A stretch of DNA of 64,000 nucleotides from Blastocatellia bacterium (GTDB lineage: Bacteria > Acidobacteriota > Blastocatellia > UBA7656). Positions 20,804 through 29,477 of the stretch are shown here, in pieces. Below the pieces are notes generated by a model. That model was not told where the DNA came from and did not search any database. It was given only the letters and a program-made list of their open reading frames with translations. A program made the translations under genes and the position numbers. The stretch lies in contig CAVXWP010000005.1 in NCBI GenBank assembly GCA_963765495.1, positions 158,531 through 222,530 of the forward strand. The letters are read 5' to 3'. Each line of letters starts with the position of its first letter. Within the stretch, counting starts at the first letter, position 1.

Positions 20804-22846
20804 ATGAAACATGAAGATCGAGTAGAGCCTGGTTTGCCGACCAAAAAACAGATGGGTCTGACGCGACGTCAGATGCTTAAGACCTTTGGCGCAGGTGCAG
20901 TGGCTGCCGCAATCGGCGCGACCCTCACCGAAGAGCGCGCCTCATCCGTCGCACACGCCGACGTCGAGGCGTCCACTCTTGGAGGGATAAAACAGGCCGT
21001 ACCCTCGCGTGCGTCGGCATTTGCCCTGGCCGATGTGCGGCTCCTTGAAGGGCCGTTTCTACGAGCGCAGCAACGCGACGCGGCATATCTGCTGCGGCTT
21101 GAGCCCGACCGCCTCCTGCACAACTTCCGGGTCAACGCCGGTCTGAAGCCGAAAGCGCCGGTGTACGGCGGTTGGGAATCGGTAGAGCCCTGGGTCGCTA
21201 TACGCTGCCACGGACACACGCTGGGGCATTATCTGTCGGCCTGCTCGCTCATGTTCGCGGCGACCGACGACCGAAGATTTAAGCGGCGCGCGGACTACAT
21301 AGTCGCGGAGTTGCGAGAATGTCAGGATGCAGGCAAAGACGGACTGGTCTGCGCCTTCCCTGATGGCGCGGCGCCATTAAACGATATCTTGAACGCGACT
21401 CGTTTCGTGGGCGTACCGTGGTACACCATGCACAAGATATTTGCGGGGCTACGCGACGCCCATATCCAGACCGATAACCATATTGCATTGGACATACTCG
21501 TCAAGCTGTCGGACTGGGCCGTTCGGCACACTCGGAATCTCTCGGACCAACAGTTTCAGCGAATGCTCGACACGGAGCATGGCGGGATGAATGAGGTGCT
21601 GGCAGATGTCTATGCCCTGACGGGGGAAACCAGATTCCTTACGCTCGCCGAGCGGTTCTGCCATCGCGCGCTGTTAGACCCGCTCGCTCAGACGCGCGAC
21701 ACGCTTGACGGCCTTCACTCCAACACGCAAATCCCGAAGGTCATAGGGTTCAACCGGCTCTACGAATTGACCGGGCAGGCGAACTACTCGACGGCGGCGC
21801 GCTTCTTCTGGCGCACGGTCGTAGATAACCGCACGTTCGCCACCGGCGGCAACGGGGACGGCGAACACTTCTTCCCGCCCGCAGACTTCACGCGCCACCT
21901 CGGTTCGGCTAAGACGATGGAGACCTGTTGTACTCACAACATGCTGAAGCTGACCAGAAGTCTCTTCGCACTCGATCCTTTGGCGGCCTACGCCGATTAC
22001 TACGAGCGCGCCCTCTACAACAGCATTCTCGCTTCGCAAGACCCGGACTCGGGGATGATGACCTACTTCCAACCGACCCGCCCCGGGTATCTGAAACTTT
22101 ACTGCACTCCGACCGACTCATTCTGGTGCTGCACGGGTTCAGGGATGGAGAACCACGCCAAGTACGGTGACTCTATCTACTTCCGCGGAGCCGATGCGCT
22201 TTACATCAACCTGTTTGTCCCGTCCACCCTGATTTGGAAGGAGAAGGGACTAAGGGTCGCCCAGACGACCAGATTCCCCGAGCAGGAAAGAACGCGGCTG
22301 CGACTGACACTTCAAAGACCGTTGAATCTGACTCTCAACGTCCGCCATCCCTCCTGGTGCGAGGCTGCTACGATCCTCGTCAACGGGCACCGCCATACAA
22401 CATCCCGCCAGCCGGGAGGATACATCGCTGTGAACCGCGTGTGGCACTCCGGAGATACGGTCGAAGTGCGCCTGCCGATGGCGCTTCGGACGGAACCGCT
22501 GCCCGGACAACCGGACGTGGTCGCAATCTTGTACGGTCCTATCGTCCTCGCGGGCAGACTTGGACGGGAAGGAATTGCGCCGGGGGCCGACATCATCGTC
22601 AACGAGCGCACCTACGGCGACGTGCTGAATACGAAAGTGGAGGTGCCGGTGCTGGTAGGTGAACCACGAGAGGTCGTCAGGCAGATCGGGCCGGTCCCGG
22701 GAACGGCATTGACATTCCAGACGAGCGGAATCGGGCATCCACGCGACGTGAGCCTCATCCCTTATTACCGCATCGCGCACGAGCGATACAACCTCTATTG
22801 GAAGGTGGTCAGACGCGCAGACACAGAAAAAAAAGAGACTCGATAG
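20804..22846 (+). CDS. Beta-L-arabinofuranosidase-like glycoside hydrolase (GH127/GH146), Tat-exported
   Basis: TRRQMLK Tat motif; GHTLGHYLSA, EHGGMNE, HSNTQIPK, ETCCTHNMLKL, FWCCTGSG. Confidence 0.9.
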   Translation: MKHEDRVEPGLPTKKQMGLTRRQMLKTFGAGAVAAAIGATLTEERASSVAHADVEASTLGGIKQAVPSRASAFALADVRLLEGPFLRAQQRDAAYLLRLEPDRLLHNFRVNAGLKPKAPVYGGWESVEPWVAIRCHGHTLGHYLSACSLMFAATDDRRFKRRADYIVAELRECQDAGKDGLVCAFPDGAAPLNDILNATRFVGVPWYTMHKIFAGLRDAHIQTDNHIALDILVKLSDWAVRHTRNLSDQQFQRMLDTEHGGMNEVLADVYALTGETRFLTLAERFCHRALLDPLAQTRDTLDGLHSNTQIPKVIGFNRLYELTGQANYSTAARFFWRTVVDNRTFATGGNGDGEHFFPPADFTRHLGSAKTMETCCTHNMLKLTRSLFALDPLAAYADYYERALYNSILASQDPDSGMMTYFQPTRPGYLKLYCTPTDSFWCCTGSGMENHAKYGDSIYFRGADALYINLFVPSTLIWKEKGLRVAQTTRFPEQERTRLRLTLQRPLNLTLNVRHPSWCEAATILVNGHRHTTSRQPGGYIAVNRVWHSGDTVEVRLPMALRTEPLPGQPDVVAILYGPIVLAGRLGREGIAPGADIIVNERTYGDVLNTKVEVPVLVGEPREVVRQIGPVPGTALTFQTSGIGHPRDVSLIPYYRIAHERYNLYWKVVRRADTEKKETR

Positions 22847-22850
22847 TGAG

Positions 22851-23408
22851 ATGTGGATGAAGAGAATCTTAAGACGCGTGATGTTGCTGGGGCTTCTCGT
22901 TCTTTCGAGTGTCGTCTCGCAAGCACGACCCGCGCAGCACGCTACCTGGAAGGCCGATAACGGCAACGGCACGTTTACCAACCCTCTTTTTTACGAGGAG
23001 TTTTCAGACCCCGACATGAGATTGTCCGCGCCCCGATACCTTACGGCAAGCAGGTGCGTTTGACATCGTTAAGTTCGAGTTCCGGCCTGGCTGCCCGGCC
23101 GCACGCATTGATCTCCGGCGTTCCGACTGCTTTCACCATCATCGGCATGAAATTGGGACGTGTAGCTCTCAAATCAGGCCGGGCGTATATCACCGTCAAT
23201 CGCAAAGGACGCACCAGCTTAGAAGCGACCAGGCCAGGCCCGAAGCAGAGTTTTCAATGGATTGAGACGCCGACAGGTGAACTGGTGTTGATGTCGCTTG
23301 CATCGAATCGCTATCTGACGATTGATCCGCGGACGCAGGTGATAACAGCCGATAGCCCGGGGCCTGAATCTGATGGAAGTGACGGCACCCGGTTTGTCTG
23401 GTCGTTGG
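22851..23408 (+). pseudogene. GH43 glycoside hydrolase with most of the gene deleted
   Basis: Signal peptide plus ADNGNGTFTNPLFYEEFSDPD start joined out of frame to a C-terminal piece (PIPYGKQVRL...DGTRFVW). Confidence 0.65.
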
Positions 23409-23497
23409 GGCTTTGCCCAAAAAGCCTATTAGTTGTAGCAGAGCCTTTAAGCAAAATACAAAATATTGTGCTTCGGGCCGACTTTTTTGGGGAAGCC
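23409..23497. mobile_element. Possible ~90 bp MITE-like remnant
   Basis: Imperfect terminal inverted repeats GGCTTTGCCCAAAAAG / CTTTTTTGGGGAAGCC (13 of 16 match). Confidence 0.35.
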
Positions 23498-23630
23498 TCA
23501 TTGCGCTGATCCAACTGGTCCAACATCGCCTTCTCCAGTGCTCGAACCGTCGTGTGATTTCCGCGACGGAAGCATCTTTCGATCACTTCCAAATCCCGCA
23601 TAGGGCTCTATGAGTCGGATATTTCGTCCT

Positions 23631-24503
23631 TCACCCGCGGAGGTTAATGAGTTTTGCAACCATTGCTGCGGGGCTTTGTGGATCTTCCATTCGGAGCAGT
23701 TTGTCCGTTCGGAGTTGGATCACTTCGGTCCATTCGGGATGTGGAAGAATATAGAACTGCTCTTTCTTAATTGCATCGAAGACCACGTCAGCGACCTGGA
23801 GAGGCGGCATGCTTGCTTCGATGGCGGCCTTGAATGCGGCCAGACCGGCTTGCATTTCCGGGCTCAACGTTACCGGTTCGTTACGCAGCTCCGCGGGCCT
23901 GTTACGCTCGGTGTTGGCGATATTTGTCCGCACAAGCCCCGGGCAGAGAACCGATACATTGACAAGCGATTTCCGTTGTTGAAGCGATAAGTACAGGCTT
24001 TCTGAGAGGGCTACCACCGCATGCTTGGTCACCGCGTAAGGAGCGGAGGCGCCACCGACGGTGAGCCCGGCGGTCGAGGACGTATTGATGATATGGCACT
24101 CCGTATTCTGTGCAAGCATTATCGGCGTGAACACCTTGACCCCATGGATCACACCCCATAAATTAACGCCGATTACCCACTCCCAATCGTTGCATGTTGC
24201 CTCCCAGGCGGCCCCACCGGCAGCGACCCCGGCGTTGTTGAACAACAAATGCACCTGGCCAAATGCATCAAGCGCCTGGCGAGCCAGCAGTTCGACGTCC
24301 CTCAGTTTCGAGACGTCCGTCCTTACACCAAGCACAGTTCCGCCCAGGGTTTTCAGTTCAGTTTCTGCCTTGGTGAGATTAGCTTCATCGATGTCGGCGA
24401 GGACTACTTTCATGCCCTCACTAATACACCGTTCGGCTATCCCGCGTCCGATGCCGCTCGCCGCACCAGTAATCACCGCGACTTTGCCTTTAAACTCTTT
24501 CAT
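23631..24503 (-). CDS. SDR family NAD(P)-dependent oxidoreductase
   Basis: TGAASGIG, NNAG, YAVTK catalytic motif. Confidence 0.93.
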   Translation of the reverse strand: MKEFKGKVAVITGAASGIGRGIAERCISEGMKVVLADIDEANLTKAETELKTLGGTVLGVRTDVSKLRDVELLARQALDAFGQVHLLFNNAGVAAGGAAWEATCNDWEWVIGVNLWGVIHGVKVFTPIMLAQNTECHIINTSSTAGLTVGGASAPYAVTKHAVVALSESLYLSLQQRKSLVNVSVLCPGLVRTNIANTERNRPAELRNEPVTLSPEMQAGLAAFKAAIEASMPPLQVADVVFDAIKKEQFYILPHPEWTEVIQLRTDKLLRMEDPQSPAAMVAKLINLRG

Positions 24504-24904
24504 CGTGTCCTCCCGTGGATATTGCAATTTACGCTAATGTCCTGTGTTCTGAGTCAGATATTCGTTTAGAAAATCTCGCGACTTTGCCCAGGATTAGATG
24601 GGTGTCCGCGTGTCATACATATGAAGGACATACCACAAGTAAATATATGAGTTTGGGGTCAGATCAGTAAACAATGAAACTCGTACTGGCATTTCTTTTT
24701 CAATCCTCTTTGCATAGGAACAAATATGGGGTCACTAAATCAAGCTCAACTGATTACCAAGACTGTATCACAATCAAATCAATATTCAATGTGGGGTTAA
24801 ATGTGGGGTCACACAGTAAAGGCCACCTTATGAGTGGCCGTCAGCAATTCTCAATACGAAGAATGAGTTTTTCGGTGTAATCTTGCTGAATGGCAAAAAC
24901 TTAT

Positions 24905-25050
24905 GCGCAACTTCAACAAGGTCTGACATTTGACGAACTAATGCTCTTTCTCGACGATCAATTTTGATTGTTGCCCGATCACCGTTCGGGTAATGCCGTC
25001 CGTTACTGTCTGCCCGATGTGCTCAAAAGCGCCTTTGCTATATTTCTTGA
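24905..25050 (+). pseudogene. Degenerate transposase N-terminal scrap
   Basis: LTFDELMLFLDDQF*LLPDHRSGNAVRYCLPDVLKSAFAIF with internal stop, cut by the IS5 end. Confidence 0.4.
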
Positions 25051-25055
25051 ATGAG

Positions 25056-25645
25056 GGCTTTGTTGCGCAATTCGAGGTAAAAACACACTTCACCTCAACT
25101 TTGCCTGCTTTTAGATTGCAATCGTGTCGGGCATCCCTAGCTCGCTCATTCGATTCATCACCATGCACTTGATCCTTGCCTCCGTTACTTGCGTCTCCAC
25201 CTTTCTACTGCTCATCCTCTCTCCCAATACCCCCTTTATCCTTCCCATCTGCGTCTCTACTAAACTCCTCTTATGATATCCGCTCTCTGCCTTCCATCCC
25301 TTCTCTCCTAGTTTTGCCTTCCCCTTCACTGCTTCATTTCTATCCCCAAGATAATAGACATTTCTCTCTACTGCTCCTTCTCTGGGCGGGATCACTGCCC
25401 TTGCTTTCTTCTTCCAGATTGCCGTATAACACTTATCCGCATCATAGGCCCCATCCCCATATATTCTCTCTACTTCTCCTTCTGTTGCTTCTACAAGCAC
25501 AGGCATCACTCGTGGGTCCACCACTGCTTTATCGGTCAACTCTACTGCTGTTATCTCCCAGGTTTCAGTATCCACGGCTATGTGTAACTTCCTCCAAGTC
25601 CGCCGTTTGCCTTTACCGTGTGTTCTGACTTTCCACTCTCCTTCT
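25056..25645 (-). mobile_element. Truncated IS5 family (IS903 group) element, 3' half of transposase
   Basis: GEGEWKVRTHG..RRTWRKLHIAVD, GDGAYD, YHKRSLVET; IS903-like end GGCTTTGTTGC at 25056; 5' half replaced by IS4-like element. Confidence 0.8.
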
Positions 25646-25665
25646 CCCTGAAGGATGGACACATA

Positions 25666-26784
25666 TTATAAAGCAGCCTCCAAGTTGAGTTTCGTTTCAG
25701 GAGAAAGATGCTCAAACAAGCTTTTATCCAGTTTGAGCAAACTCACCATTGCACTCACCACACTCAATTCCCACCTCCCTTTCCGTCTTCTCGCTACTCG
25801 CCTCAGCAACTCTTTGGCTCCTTTTATCCCTCTCACTATCAACTTCATTGCTAGCACTGCTACTACCATCATCGCTATCGCAAACAGCGCAAACATTCTA
25901 CTCCACGCCTTCACATCCTCTATTCGCGCTTCGGAAAATCCCATCTCCCATTTCACATCTCTAAATCCCTGCTCGCAGCAGAAGCGTCTGCTGTATTCTT
26001 TTGCTGCCTGCTTTGCGCTGTAGGAGTTGTTGCTTATCAGATACCATACCTCCCACTTTCCTTCCTTGTTTCTGGCTCGACTCATACTCACATACAGCTT
26101 GTGTTGAGAACTCTCACTGTAATAGCAGCGCCCAAAATTCCGCCCTCGCGCATTGCCTGAAAATCTCATTCGCTTGAGATTTTGCCATTCGCCTGCAAGG
26201 TAGATTTTCGTGCTCGCCTTGACTCGGATAATGTAGGTAACTCTCAACTCTTCAAACAATTGCGCCAAATCCACGTCTGCAAACCAGCGATCTGCCGTGA
26301 CAATCAGGCGACGATGGCCAATGCGGTTAGTAAATCTGGAGATGACGCGCTTGATTACAGCAACTTCGTAGCGGCGCATACGCCCCTTAAGCACGCTCTG
26401 CGAGTAAGCCCGCCAATAAATGGGCAAGGCTCGTGGGCCAGTAACAAGGGAAACGACAAGCAAGTGATGATCGCCTTCAATAGTCCAATCAATTGCCAGG
26501 CGGAGTTTGCCGCTTGCAGGCAACTGAGACAAAGCTTGAAGCAGAACAGCCTCAGCCATGTCATCGGGCTTAATGCGCTGGTTATGAATCAGGCGAGAAA
26601 GGCGTTTAACAGCAGCCTCTTGAGAGCCGAAACAACGAGCGAGTTGAGCTTGATTGGCAGTTTGATTATCAATGATGGCAGCGACGAAATCGCAAATCCC
26701 ATTAAGTTGATGGCCATGCGCCCAAGGAAGCAGCGCAGTGATATAATCACGCAAACGAGTAGCAGAAGATTGATCTTTTTTCAC
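25666..26784 (-). CDS. IS4-superfamily DDE transposase
   Basis: LAIDWT, TADRWF, YSRRFCCEQGFRDVK (YREK-like) motifs. Confidence 0.85.
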   Translation of the reverse strand: MKKDQSSATRLRDYITALLPWAHGHQLNGICDFVAAIIDNQTANQAQLARCFGSQEAAVKRLSRLIHNQRIKPDDMAEAVLLQALSQLPASGKLRLAIDWTIEGDHHLLVVSLVTGPRALPIYWRAYSQSVLKGRMRRYEVAVIKRVISRFTNRIGHRRLIVTADRWFADVDLAQLFEELRVTYIIRVKASTKIYLAGEWQNLKRMRFSGNARGRNFGRCYYSESSQHKLYVSMSRARNKEGKWEVWYLISNNSYSAKQAAKEYSRRFCCEQGFRDVKWEMGFSEARIEDVKAWSRMFALFAIAMMVVAVLAMKLIVRGIKGAKELLRRVARRRKGRWELSVVSAMVSLLKLDKSLFEHLSPETKLNLEAAL

Positions 26785-26837
26785 AAAACAAATCTTCCAC
26801 AGGTTTATACCTTGTTGCTACTCGTTCAATTACTAAA

Positions 26838-27955
26838 TGATGTTACGCAGTAAGAGACTGCGGGTTGAGCTTGACAAGTTCTCTATAAGCCGTCTGCAAG
26901 GCAGACATATAGATCTTTGACTTCAATGCGAAATGGTTGACGCCGGTTTTTATCTTCATTCCTTCGAGCTTCACATATGCACATAGACTCGCAAAGAAAT
27001 GATTCCTCTGCGTTGTCTCGGTTCGTGTTGGAGATTTCTCCAACGAGGCATTCTGCTTGAGTGATTTGTGATATCCCTCTATCTTAAACCGTCTTTGGTA
27101 GAGTGAGGTCATTCGGTCATAGTTAAGCGCCAAATCACTGCTTACCAGATAGAGCACTCCTTTACTTCCGTCCTCGTTTGTGAAGACCTGTTTGGCTAGA
27201 AGCAGTGGGACAGGCACATCTTCGAGCCAAATCAATTGGGTTAGACCTTCTGGCAATGAGAGCGTTGAGACTGCCTTGTAATGACCCTGTTGTTTCTCTT
27301 CTTCACTCAAGGCTACTTTACGATTGGCTTTAACCGGCATGACAAAATCTTTCTTCAAGTCGAGATGGATGAAGTTCATATTGTCGGCTGACGAATACCA
27401 CGAATCGCTGAGCACATAGCGAAACTTGATCTGGTTATGCACGACTATCTGTAGCAGCATTCTATATCGCTCGTTCTTAGTGAGTTGGCTACGACGCTTC
27501 TGTTTCCCAGTCTTTGCATCAATATAGAATTCAGTCTTAGTGACAAGATCGAAGCCCACGGGCAAGCCGATTTCTTCGGTTGAGTAGAAAGCTGTCAGGA
27601 AGTTGATTCCTTTGACGTGACGCTCACGAGAGTGATCCCAATGCCAACAAATGAGATCATTTTCGTCCGTGTAGGGCTTCTCTTCAATGCTATCATCAAG
27701 GATCATCACACCATCCTCGTTTTCGACCTGGCGAATAGTGGGTTTAACAATAGGCCACAACTGGGCGGAGGATTTGGCCGGAGAAGCAAGAAATCTGGTC
27801 ACCTGATCATGGCTAACTTCTCCGTCCAACAACTGAGAAAGCCCAGTGGCTGTAGTCGGCCCAAAAGAGCTAATCAAGTAATCGGTGTAGAGATCCAAAA
27901 GTGACTTGTTCATTTGTCAAGTTTAACATCGGCCCTCTTTACCGCGTAACATCAG
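26838..27955 (-). mobile_element. IS701-like element
   Basis: IRs TGATGTTACGC / GCGTAACATCA; flanking direct repeat TTACTAAA at 26830-26837 and 27956-27963. Confidence 0.85.
26843..27913 (-). CDS. IS701-like DDE transposase
   Basis: SHDQVTRFL, ILDDSIEEKP, DSWYSS, YQRRFKIEGYHKSLKQ. Confidence 0.87.
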   Translation of the reverse strand: MNKSLLDLYTDYLISSFGPTTATGLSQLLDGEVSHDQVTRFLASPAKSSAQLWPIVKPTIRQVENEDGVMILDDSIEEKPYTDENDLICWHWDHSRERHVKGINFLTAFYSTEEIGLPVGFDLVTKTEFYIDAKTGKQKRRSQLTKNERYRMLLQIVVHNQIKFRYVLSDSWYSSADNMNFIHLDLKKDFVMPVKANRKVALSEEEKQQGHYKAVSTLSLPEGLTQLIWLEDVPVPLLLAKQVFTNEDGSKGVLYLVSSDLALNYDRMTSLYQRRFKIEGYHKSLKQNASLEKSPTRTETTQRNHFFASLCAYVKLEGMKIKTGVNHFALKSKIYMSALQTAYRELVKLNPQSLTA

Positions 27956-27981
27956 TTACTAAATGTGTCCATCCTTCAGGG

Positions 27982-28812
27982 TCAAAGCCCATACTTGCTT
28001 ACTTCAAGAACAAGCGTATGCGCGACATCACGAATCTCAACGTGCGGGCCTATCGCAAGGAACGCCGCGCCCGTTCCAACGGGCGCGGCGGGCTGCGCGC
28101 CCCCGCGTCTGTAGATCGTGAGATTCAGCTACTCTCGCGCATCTTCTCGCTTGCGGTCGAGCGCAATCTGTTACAGGCCAATCCGTGCAAGGGCATCAAA
28201 CTCGCCAATCCCGGCAATATCGTCATCAAATACCTGACCGTAGAGGATGAAGAGAAGCTGAGACCGTTCCTCACAGGCCGGCGCAAGCATCTGCTGGACA
28301 TTCTCGAAATAGACCTGCACACCGGGATGCGGCGCACGGAGTTTTTGTCGCTGCACGTCTCGCAGATCAATTTCATTCGTGATGAAATCCTTCTGACGAA
28401 GACCAAGAGCGGCAAGCCGCGCCTGGTGCCGATCCATCCAAACATCCGGCCACTGCTGCAACGGCTCTGCAATGAAGCCGGGCCGAACGGCTACCTGTTT
28501 GAGAATCCGAAGACAGGCAAGCCAATCGCCAGTATCAAACCGGCGTGGGAATGTGCGTTGCGCAAAGCGGGCATTCCTCACATTCCTTTTCACTGTGCAG
28601 GCCGTCACACGTTTGGCACACGCGCAGCGGAAGGCGGAGCAAGCCCAACTGATATTCAGGAGATCATGGGCCATGCCAGCGTCACCACGACGATGCGATA
28701 TGTCCATGCGACTGACCAGGGCAAGCGGCGAACGGTTGATGCCGTTGTGAGAGTGACGGAACGGGCAAAGAGTGGCGGAAATGTGGCGGAAGTAAAAAAG
28801 GCAACCCGCTAG
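27982..28812 (+). pseudogene. Tyrosine integrase lacking its N-terminal arm-binding region
   Basis: HTGMRRTE, RHTFGTR, MGHAS..TTMRYVH; homology to the 62904 integrase starts exactly at the IS end (SKPILAYFKNK). Confidence 0.88.
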
Positions 28813-28838
28813 GCTGCCCGTATGTTATTGAATCTAAA

Positions 28839-28885
28839 GTAGCGGCGGAAGGACTTGAACCTTCGACCTTGGGGTTATGAATCCC
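28839..28885 (-). tRNA. 3' half of a tRNA with CAT anticodon (Met/Ile2 type); att-site duplication, not a full gene
   Basis: Minus strand GGGATTCATAACCCCAAGGTCGAAGGTTCAAGTCCTTCCGCCGCTAC: anticodon loop, T-arm GAAGG-TTCAAGT-CCTTC, acceptor 3' strand; D-arm and 5' strand absent. Confidence 0.85.
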
Positions 28886-29084
28886 GATATTTCGCCTTCT
28901 TTCCTGTTCTATCTATCCCTATAACCTTCTATTTACTACGGTTTGCAGCCAGCCTCGTAGTAGTGGATTTCGATAGATTTCTATGACTTTCTATAAAGGT
29001 TTGCCACAAATATGCCACACGCTTTCTCGATCTAAGTTTCGGCACGCCACATAATAGGCGGTTGTGATCTTTGAAGGTTGAAGT

Positions 29085-29477
29085 ATGAAACGAGAAAAAG
29101 ATACTACCCAAAGCCACGAGGCGAAGATGAGGCACGAATCAAATTCGGTGAAAATCACACCTAAGACTGATCTTCTGCCGGGGCACTTACTGGCCCAGCG
29201 CATCAAATGCGGGCGACCTAATTGCCGATGTGCGAGGGGGCAACTTCACGGTCCCTACTACTACCGCTGTTGGACACAGAACGGGCAAAGGCGGAAGGTC
29301 TATGTGCGTAAGCGTGATGTCTCAGCGGTCAGGGCCGCTTGTGATGCCTATCGCTCCGAGAGAAAGCTTCTCCGACTTGAACGACAGGTCGTTACTCAAC
29401 AGATCCGCCGCTTACTCGGCCCTATAGGCCAGCACGAGGAATTGGTCAAAGCAATTCTAAGGGGGATGGAGTTATGA
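29085..29477 (+). CDS. DUF6788-like small Zn-binding protein
   Basis: KCGRPNCRCARGQLHGPYYY..RKVYV motif. Confidence 0.75.
   Translation: MKREKDTTQSHEAKMRHESNSVKITPKTDLLPGHLLAQRIKCGRPNCRCARGQLHGPYYYRCWTQNGQRRKVYVRKRDVSAVRAACDAYRSERKLLRLERQVVTQQIRRLLGPIGQHEELVKAILRGMEL

Larger units (their letters stand above)
25646..27981 (-). mobile_element. IS4-like element carrying a nested IS701-like element
   Basis: Perfect 19-bp inverted repeats CCCTGAAGGATGGACACAT (25646-25664) / ATGTGTCCATCCTTCAGGG (27963-27981). Confidence 0.85.

Noticed and set aside
958-22981. Long overlapping alternative-frame ORFs (e.g. 958-1830, 17825-18700, 19772-20491, 22250-22981)
   Set aside because: Shadow ORFs of GC-rich genes with clear family assignments in another frame
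23500-23601. IS630-like C-terminal scrap (RRGNHTTVRALEKAM)
   Set aside because: Too short to call with confidence
27901-27981. N-terminus of the 303-aa integrase ORF
   Set aside because: These codons are IS701/IS4 end sequence, not integrase
28839-28885. Functional tRNA gene
   Set aside because: Only the anticodon-to-acceptor half is present; flanking sequence cannot form the D-arm or 5' acceptor strand
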